Positions 58,419-64,000 of a stretch of 64,000 nucleotides of DNA are shown here, piece after piece. The notes beneath the pieces are model-generated. The model was not told where the DNA came from, did no database searches, and was given only the letters and a program-made list of their open reading frames with translations. Source of the stretch: a virus; IMG/VR virus record IMGVR_UViG_3300030061_003198; one strand, 5' to 3'. The position numbers were made by a program, and so were the translations under genes. Position 1 is the stretch's first letter; each line of letters starts with the position of its first letter.

Positions 58419-59195
58419 TTATCCTTCATTAAATGTACTAAAAATATCCTTAATAGAGCTATTAATATCCGGGTTTTGTTCTGCTAAATTCTTAATAGCA
58501 TTTTTCTTAGTAACCTTTGTCTTTTGAGATACAGGCTTTGGTGAATTATTTTTATTACTTCTCCATTGTTCATATTCAATTTGCGATGCCATATGATCTG
58601 CGTGGTGCAATATTAAAGGTAAATTAGTTTTTAATTTAGCTTGTGCTGATCTAGCAATAAAATAAGGTTTATTAGCTTCATCATAAACACCATCATGTAT
58701 TTTTATAGCTTGATATTCATTCCAAGATACTTTTATATCATATTTTTGTAACAAATAAATAGATAAATCCGGTACCATTGTAAAAGGAATATTTTCATTA
58801 TGCTTATACATTCTTCCCATATTCTTTCTATGCCAATCTGACGTTTCTACTTGATATACTTCTCTACCACTTCCAGGAAAGCCACATTTTCCTAAATCAT
58901 GATGCATTGCTGCAAACAACATTTCTTCTTTAGTATAACCAGACATATCTGAACCCATTTCTTCCCAAGATTCATATAGTTTTTCTACACAATCCATTAC
59001 TCGAAGTACGTGATCTACATATCCTCCTGCAAATGCATTATGATAATGTGCTATTGATGAAGCAGGCATCATAACGATTCTGTCTTCATATTCATCATAC
59101 AATTTATTTAATTGGTCTGATCTTTTAGGAAATAATGTATTTACACGATTTCTATAATCTTCCCAGTTCGATTTGATTTTTTCTGCTTCTAACAT
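58419..59195 (-). CDS. HD-domain phosphohydrolase (YhaM-like)
   Basis: PAS...H.AF.GG..DH, HHDLGK, HDG, HHAD. Confidence 0.85.
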   Translation of the reverse strand: MLEAEKIKSNWEDYRNRVNTLFPKRSDQLNKLYDEYEDRIVMMPASSIAHYHNAFAGGYVDHVLRVMDCVEKLYESWEEMGSDMSGYTKEEMLFAAMHHDLGKCGFPGSGREVYQVETSDWHRKNMGRMYKHNENIPFTMVPDLSIYLLQKYDIKVSWNEYQAIKIHDGVYDEANKPYFIARSAQAKLKTNLPLILHHADHMASQIEYEQWRSNKNNSPKPVSQKTKVTKKNAIKNLAEQNPDINSSIKDIFSTFNEG

Positions 59196-59207
59196 ATTTT
59201 TATTTAT

Positions 59208-59236
59208 ATTATAATGAATTATTTGGAATATTCCAA
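59208..59236 (-). promoter_or_regulatory. Sigma70-like promoter TTGGAA-N17-TATAAT with overlapping 16-bp palindrome
   Basis: Palindrome tttggaatattccaaa at 59222-59237. Confidence 0.6.
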
Positions 59237-59377
59237 AAGGCCTTCTGCCATTTTATGAGTGCATAAAGAGCAGATAACCGATATCGATGTAGATGCAACT
59301 TCTACTTTATTAGTACATGATTTACATCTACATTGCAATACTTTGGTTGTTTTACTTTTTTTAATTGTTTTTTTCAT
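59219..59377 (-). CDS. Small zinc-ribbon protein (52 aa)
   Basis: Below ORF-track cutoff; MKKTIKKSKTTKVLQCRCKSCTNKVEVASTSISVICSLCTHKMAEGLLEYSK; fills the intergenic gap. Confidence 0.7.
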   Translation of the reverse strand: MKKTIKKSKTTKVLQCRCKSCTNKVEVASTSISVICSLCTHKMAEGLLEYSK

Positions 59378-59387
59378 TGATTTTTAT

Positions 59388-60383
59388 TTATGAGATTACT
59401 TTTGTACTGGTCCACGGCCGTGGATTCTTTTTCTTTTTAGGCGGTATAATTTCTTCTTCTTCAATATTATTATCATAATGCAATCCATCATTACCATTTT
59501 GACCTATAATATTCATTCGTTTTTCTTCTTCTTCCCAATCGTCATGAACTTTGACTTTTTCGCCATATATATTTTCTTTAGTTTGTTTCTTTACAATATC
59601 AAATGCTTTATTTGCTGATATTAATAATATAATAGCAAATGGATCAAAAACAAAAATAAAAATTAATATGAACCAATTGACTACATAATCCATTGGTTTG
59701 TCTAATAATTCTGAAACGTATTTAAGCGGACCAATTTCAACAGCTGCTTCGCTATTTGATTGGATATCTAATACTTGTAAATCTAATCTAGTAACAGAGT
59801 CAGATAATGACTCTATTTTTTTAGATACTATATTACGTTGATCTTTCATGTCATTTAATTGAGCTGACAAAACTTTTCTAGTACTAGATGATGTAGAAGT
59901 TATAATTTGACCTGTTTCTTTGTCTTTCCATTGTACTTTGTTATTAGACAATCCTTTAGTCAATTCCGTTATAGATTCAGCTAATTGATTTTTTTCTGAA
60001 CTATAACTAGTTAATTGATCATTGAATCGATCTTTTTTAAGTTCAATGATACCTATTTCTTTTTCTATAATGGATAATTCATTAGACGTAGTTTGATATG
60101 CGGATACAAGAAATCCATATATACCTATAGATGTTATAAACATTAAGATACATACAGCTGAAGTTAAATAAATTTTTGATAATCGATTTATATGTTTCCA
60201 ATACCGATGGAGATATGTAGCAGCAATTAATTTAGAAGCTTCTAATGTACCTGCCATTATAGCTACCGCTAAAGCTTGAGCTGAAAACAATTTGCTTATT
60301 CCAAATACACTGTAATAAGCAGCACTACCAGCTAATGATAATGCCGCTATTAAAACAATGTACGGGAAAAGTTTGTATTTCAT
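59388..60383 (-). CDS. Multi-pass membrane protein with coiled coil
   Basis: Three N-terminal TM helices, long coiled coil, C-terminal TM (FIFVFDPFAI). Confidence 0.75.
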   Translation of the reverse strand: MKYKLFPYIVLIAALSLAGSAAYYSVFGISKLFSAQALAVAIMAGTLEASKLIAATYLHRYWKHINRLSKIYLTSAVCILMFITSIGIYGFLVSAYQTTSNELSIIEKEIGIIELKKDRFNDQLTSYSSEKNQLAESITELTKGLSNNKVQWKDKETGQIITSTSSSTRKVLSAQLNDMKDQRNIVSKKIESLSDSVTRLDLQVLDIQSNSEAAVEIGPLKYVSELLDKPMDYVVNWFILIFIFVFDPFAIILLISANKAFDIVKKQTKENIYGEKVKVHDDWEEEEKRMNIIGQNGNDGLHYDNNIEEEEIIPPKKKKNPRPWTSTKVIS

Positions 60384-60559
60384 TCTTTGTCTACAAGTGA
60401 CTTAGCAGACTCCAATTTACGCATTGCTTCAGCCAAGTTTGTTAATGCAGATGGAACATCGATCTTTCCCATTTCAATTCCTCTACCAACATTTTTAATA
60501 ATATCTCTAGCATCTACTATGCTATCTGTTATTTGATTTTTATAACGCATTTTTGACAT
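60380..60559 (-). CDS. Small helical hypothetical protein (59 aa)
   Basis: Not in track; MSKMRYKNQITDSIVDARDIIKNVGRG...LVDKE; AGGA upstream, ATGA overlap. Confidence 0.65.
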   Translation of the reverse strand: MSKMRYKNQITDSIVDARDIIKNVGRGIEMGKIDVPSALTNLAEAMRKLESAKSLVDKE

Positions 60560-60573
60560 AACTTGTTCCTTTT

Positions 60574-60729
60574 TTATTTTTTAAATGATAATAAAAATTC
60601 TCTAACTGCAAATCCAAATGCAATACCAGAATAAAATACATCTTTATCTAACAGTAATAAAATACCTATACCGCCAATAGCAGCTGCTTTAAACCATGAT
60701 GAGTTTACTATATCTTTAATTTTTTTCAT
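60574..60729 (-). CDS. Small membrane protein (51 aa), holin-like topology
   Basis: Not in track; MKKIKDIVNSSWFKAAAIGGIGILLLLDKDVFYSGIAFGFAVREFLLSFKK. Confidence 0.6.
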   Translation of the reverse strand: MKKIKDIVNSSWFKAAAIGGIGILLLLDKDVFYSGIAFGFAVREFLLSFKK

Positions 60730-60754
60730 AATTTTTCTTTTCTTTATTTGTATA

Positions 60755-60763
60755 TATAAATAT
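60755..60763 (-). promoter_or_regulatory. Putative late promoter motif ATATTTATA
   Basis: Upstream of the small membrane gene. Confidence 0.5.
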
Positions 60764-60795
60764 ATTATAATAAAAAAATTGGTATTTTACAATGA

Positions 60796-61299
60796 TTATG
60801 TAAATTTTCTTAAGAATCCTTTTTGCTTAGATATAGCATCTTCTAATTCATTAACGTCAATTCCTTTTCCGCTTCTAGAATTTGATTTACTGTTTTTTGT
60901 ATTGCTAAGCCCAGAATCATGTTTTTTGCTAGATCCTGTTGATCGTATAGGTACTCTTCTGCCATTGCTATTAGAAACTCGTTCCCCGTTTTTATTGTTA
61001 TCTCGGCTTTTAGTTTCTTTCCCTCCGGAGTTTTTAATATTTTTTCTATAGTTATCGGATTCTTCGAAGAATATTGTTCCTGCATAGTAACTTCTATGCT
61101 CTTTAATTTTAAGGCCACAAGGATACGTGTAACCGCTTCCTTTAACCATATAACTAATCGTTTCATTATGTTTATGTATTTCAGTAATAATTCCCCATCC
61201 ACTATCTCCTAAGAACTCGTATAATACTTTATCTCCTATTTTGAATTGAGGCTTTGCAAATTTGTCTTGTATATATTTTGGAAATTTTTTCTTTTTCAT
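60796..61299 (-). CDS. Hypothetical protein (SH3/KOW-like N-terminus, disordered C-terminus)
   Basis: PQFKIGDKV...G.I...Y.V. Confidence 0.6.
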   Translation of the reverse strand: MKKKKFPKYIQDKFAKPQFKIGDKVLYEFLGDSGWGIITEIHKHNETISYMVKGSGYTYPCGLKIKEHRSYYAGTIFFEESDNYRKNIKNSGGKETKSRDNNKNGERVSNSNGRRVPIRSTGSSKKHDSGLSNTKNSKSNSRSGKGIDVNELEDAISKQKGFLRKFT

Positions 61300-61499
61300 T
61301 CTTCAATTATTTCAGCATCGCTTATTTCTATTAAAAACCAATAGAATCCATCTTTTTTTAAAATTAAATCATGGTAGATAATAGATTTCCAAAATTCTAC
61401 ATTTTCGTCTGGATTATACTTTACAAGTCTTTTTACTTTATATAATTTATCTTTATAATCAACGTTTGGCGTGATATATAATGAGGTGGTAGGTCTCAT
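61296..61499 (-). CDS. Hypothetical protein
   Basis: 67 aa, ATGA overlap with next gene. Confidence 0.6.
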   Translation of the reverse strand: MRPTTSLYITPNVDYKDKLYKVKRLVKYNPDENVEFWKSIIYHDLILKKDGFYWFLIEISDAEIIEE

Positions 61500-61987
61500 G
61501 TAACTTTATTTTATAACTATTTGTTTTGGTGCTCTATCTTTTGCATATGGGATACTAATTGTTAGCAATCCTTTATCCATCATAGCTTCTGCTTTAGATA
61601 AATCTAATTCCTTAGATATCTTCCAAGCAAAATCAAAAGCTCGTTTTGCTATTCCTCTATGAATAAAGTCACGATGTGTTTCATTGTCTTTATCGTACTT
61701 TATTCTTAAAGTTTCACCTTCTGTTGAAATTTCAATATCTGATTTTTCTTTTCCAACAGCTGCAATTTCAAACTGTATTCCATTATCCGTTGTATAAATA
61801 TCAACTGGATAATTCATTTTATTTGTTATTACTGGTAAATATGATGATTTTTGATCGAATAAGTTTTTCCAAACTAAATCAAAATCATTGTATAGAAATG
61901 TTTCTGTTAATTGTGTCATTTTAAACCTCCTGTGTTTATTGGTTGCATTAGCTAACCGTTTTTATTAATATAATTGTGAGACCTACC
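61488..61987. repeat. Perfect 11-bp inverted repeat bracketing hsp20 (61488-61498 / 61977-61987)
   Basis: ggtaggtctca ... tgagacctacc. Confidence 0.8.
61506..61919 (-). CDS. hsp20: Small heat shock protein Hsp20 (IbpA-like)
   Basis: YPVDIY, EIAAVG, FIHRGIAKRAF, A.MDKGLLTI.IP, PKQI.I; SD AGGAGGT. Confidence 0.93.
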   Translation of the reverse strand: MTQLTETFLYNDFDLVWKNLFDQKSSYLPVITNKMNYPVDIYTTDNGIQFEIAAVGKEKSDIEISTEGETLRIKYDKDNETHRDFIHRGIAKRAFDFAWKISKELDLSKAEAMMDKGLLTISIPYAKDRAPKQIVIK

Positions 61988-61995
61988 GTATCTCA

Positions 61996-62439
61996 TTAAT
62001 TATAGCATAGTTCGTCGTGCTGCCCTATAATCTTATATACTCTTAAATATCTCGTTACTTTGTTTTTTCGGAATATTTTTTCAACTTGTTTATCTCTACT
62101 GATTAAATATCCATTATCCATAAATTTTCTTGCTATAAATCTAACTGCTTTTAAACTATTTGATTCTACAACAATATTTTCGCTATCAATCATTACGTCG
62201 ACACGGGTTTTATCATTGCCAACATCATATGTATCAAATTCTACGCCATGATCTGCTTCTTCTGAAATATCATTAAAAAATTCTGATAATCCGTTTATCA
62301 ATGTTTCTTGTCCGTTTCTTTTAATTTCAATATCAAATATTTCAAAAATATATTGAACCTTTTCTACACCACATAGGGTATTAAAAAAGTTATATTCAGG
62401 ATATCCTACAAATATTTTATCGAATAAAGACTGTTTCAT
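61996..62439 (-). CDS. Hypothetical protein
   Basis: 147 aa ORF. Confidence 0.65.
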   Translation of the reverse strand: MKQSLFDKIFVGYPEYNFFNTLCGVEKVQYIFEIFDIEIKRNGQETLINGLSEFFNDISEEADHGVEFDTYDVGNDKTRVDVMIDSENIVVESNSLKAVRFIARKFMDNGYLISRDKQVEKIFRKNKVTRYLRVYKIIGQHDELCYN

Positions 62440-62598
62440 TTATAATAGCTCTAATTTAAATAAATCTACGAATTCAGTTAAATTTAATTTTTTAATAGCT
62501 GCAGCTTTTTTCAATGCTAGATAATAATCATATGCTTCAACTATTCCTATAGCTTCTTTGCTGCTATCTGTTTTAAAAAAATATTTATATTTGTTCAT
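62440..62598 (-). CDS. Small hypothetical protein (52 aa)
   Basis: Not in track; MNKYKYFFKTDSSKEAIGIVEA...KKLNLTEFVDLFKLELL; fills the gap exactly. Confidence 0.65.
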   Translation of the reverse strand: MNKYKYFFKTDSSKEAIGIVEAYDYYLALKKAAAIKKLNLTEFVDLFKLELL

Positions 62599-62611
62599 TG
62601 AATTCTATTTA

Positions 62612-63004
62612 TTATAAATATAAACCTAGTTCATAACTTTTTGAAATTATCTCTGTAGTATCCTCTAAAGTTTCAGCTAATTTACCAATTTCATGTTTTT
62701 TAAGATATAATTCTTGATTCAAAACGTTTATTGCAAATTTCTCCCATTTTTCAGGTTTTTCAAAATAAACAGCTTTTGCTGAATCTGCTGTTACATTAGC
62801 TGCGGATAATAATTGTTTGTATTGCATAGGAATTGTCTTTCCGCAAATTTTAAGTACCCCAACATTTGTATTTAATGGATCGTTCTTAAATTGATATGTA
62901 GAAATTTTAGGATTAATTTCAAAGTCCATATCACTCCATATCACTCCATATTTGTTTCTATATTTATCTGATATAGCCCAAGGCTTATTTACACTCTTTT
63001 TCAT
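62612..63004 (-). CDS. Hypothetical protein
   Basis: 130 aa ORF. Confidence 0.65.
   Translation of the reverse strand: MKKSVNKPWAISDKYRNKYGVIWSDMDFEINPKISTYQFKNDPLNTNVGVLKICGKTIPMQYKQLLSAANVTADSAKAVYFEKPEKWEKFAINVLNQELYLKKHEIGKLAETLEDTTEIISKSYELGLYL
62613..62621 (-). promoter_or_regulatory. Putative late promoter motif ATATTTATA
   Basis: Overlaps the end of the upstream gene, 14 nt before ATG 62598. Confidence 0.45.
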
Positions 63005-63303
63005 AATTTTTGTATTCTATTAGTAATTCGTTCTTTATTTTGATCCTTATGTTCTTGGGATATAAGTTGCTTCATTGGATGGGTACGATTGATGTGCTGT
63101 TCGTGTTTAGCAGTTATACTAGCTTGTTCCCAGGCTAATAATTCAGTATCAGAATTTTCTAAAAGAAATGTATCATTTAAATTCTGTTCATTCCATTGTA
63201 TATAATAACAACCATATGAGTCGCGAACACAAATAGAGCCAGGGTATCTTTTCCTGACTCTATTTTGTATTTTTTCTATTTCTGGTAATTTGGGTCTTGC
63301 CAT
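63001..63303 (-). CDS. Hypothetical protein
   Basis: 100 aa ORF, coupled overlaps. Confidence 0.65.
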   Translation of the reverse strand: MARPKLPEIEKIQNRVRKRYPGSICVRDSYGCYYIQWNEQNLNDTFLLENSDTELLAWEQASITAKHEQHINRTHPMKQLISQEHKDQNKERITNRIQKL

Positions 63304-63593
63304 TATGCAATGATTATAGGAAGTTCTTCATTGTCTAACATGGCTTTGAATGGTATAGTAGATTCGATGTCTCCGGTGTCTACTAATTTTTTAGTAAGAT
63401 CTCTATTGATAAATGCTTGTTTAGAAGTTCTTGCTGTATTTAAAAAAGATAATACACTCCTCCTTTCTAATAATACGTCATAAAAGGTTTGCTTTTTATG
63501 TGTAAATTGATTCATTATAACGCCTACGGAATGTTTTTCTTCTTTTTTGTTTATCCTTTCGGTAACTATTACTGTCTCTCCTTGATTATACAT
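63303..63593 (-). CDS. Hypothetical protein (SH3-like)
   Basis: 96 aa ORF, TAATG coupling. Confidence 0.65.
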   Translation of the reverse strand: MYNQGETVIVTERINKKEEKHSVGVIMNQFTHKKQTFYDVLLERRSVLSFLNTARTSKQAFINRDLTKKLVDTGDIESTIPFKAMLDNEELPIIIA

Positions 63594-63790
63594 TATTCAA
63601 TAATTTTAATGATTTTACTTGCCGATACGGCTTTTACTTCGTATTCTAATGTAGTAGATCCAAAATCTTTAACTACTTTAGCTTCTGCTTCTGTTACAGA
63701 CATTGCTTCGACTAAATACATTTCAGTCACTTTCTTTTGCTTGCCGGTAGAATCATCTACCAATTGCACTTTTGCGGTGTAATAACCCAT
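63593..63790 (-). CDS. DUF4494-family protein
   Basis: GKQKKVTEMYLVEAMSVTEAEAKV matches the DUF4494 pattern KKV.E.YLV.A.S.TEAE. Confidence 0.75.
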   Translation of the reverse strand: MGYYTAKVQLVDDSTGKQKKVTEMYLVEAMSVTEAEAKVVKDFGSTTLEYEVKAVSASKIIKIIE

Positions 63791-63810
63791 ATTTGTTTTT
63801 ATTTATTGTT

Positions 63811-63981
63811 TTACTTATTTTCTGCTACAGATACTTTTCTATAGTCAGTTACTATTTTTTTTACTTCTCCAATAGCTTTTCTTGCTCTGCCTTTAGCAGC
63901 TTTAGTTGTACCATTGTGATTTTCTTCAAATTCTGCAAATAAATCTTTCATTTGTTCGAATAATTCTTGTGATGTTGCCAT
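63811..63981 (-). CDS. Histone H1-like (Hc1-family) small protein, 56 aa
   Basis: Not in track; MATSQELFEQMKDLFAEFEENHNGTTKAAKGRARKAIGEVKKIVTDYRKVSVAENK has the KAA..RARK......K....RK.S signature. Confidence 0.75.
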   Translation of the reverse strand: MATSQELFEQMKDLFAEFEENHNGTTKAAKGRARKAIGEVKKIVTDYRKVSVAENK

Positions 63982-64000
63982 AACTTTGTTTTTCTTTTTA

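Noticed and set aside
7575-61202. Short nested minus-strand ORFs in alternative frames (7575, 15255, 17890, 39201, 43197, 49482, 49968, 60843)
   Set aside because: Fully inside well-supported genes, with no RBS or motif support
333-63782. All plus-strand ORFs in the track (e.g. 13620-14144, 17565-18020, 26827-27204)
   Set aside because: Antisense shadows of long minus-strand genes with no recognisable motifs; the minus strand is already fully tiled
1-64000. Stop-codon reassignment (seen in some large phages)
   Set aside because: Genes are full length in the standard code; TAA dominates but TGA (e.g. 4252) and TAG (24878) end genes at sensible positions
1-64000. tRNA/rRNA genes; tail sheath, tube and tape-measure genes
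   Set aside because: No cloverleaf or rRNA-like sequence in the few intergenic gaps; sheath, tube and tape measure not recognised and presumably lie outside the window, so their absence is not evidence of a novel tail type

Overview
A 64 kb segment of a large, very AT-rich T4-like (myovirus-type) phage genome. Essentially every gene is on the minus strand, in the standard genetic code. Reading in transcription direction (right to left): small accessory genes (Hc1 histone-like, DUF4494, Hsp20, membrane proteins), an HD hydrolase and a gp55-like sigma factor; a baseplate/tail cluster (gp5-like, gp25, gp6, gp7/P2-I-like, DUF3751-like, LamG proteins); three probable capsid-packaged proteins including a minimal protein kinase; an endonuclease I-like resolvase, primase and a single-chain Mre11-Rad50 (gp47-gp46) fusion; a HIGH-nucleotidyltransferase/RNA-ligase-like fusion; the head module (terminase, portal, protease, ribosomal protein bS21, scaffold, major capsid); neck genes (gp13/14/15); and large fibre/adhesin genes. 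A Bacteroidota host is inferred from the bS21 C-terminus, DUF4494 and Hc1. Most notable signals: (1) [S/T]-G-S motifs pervasive in outer virion proteins only, a candidate virion-modification sequon; (2) LxE-tagged enzyme cargo (kinase, NTase/ligase, peptidoglycan-binding protein); (3) a late-promoter-like motif ATATTTAT[A/T], the reverse complement of the T4 late promoter; (4) a bS21 unit with its own promoter and terminator; (5) an 11-bp inverted repeat bracketing hsp20; (6) type-1-copper-like domains in two fibres. All protein calls come from motif recognition by eye, with no database searches.
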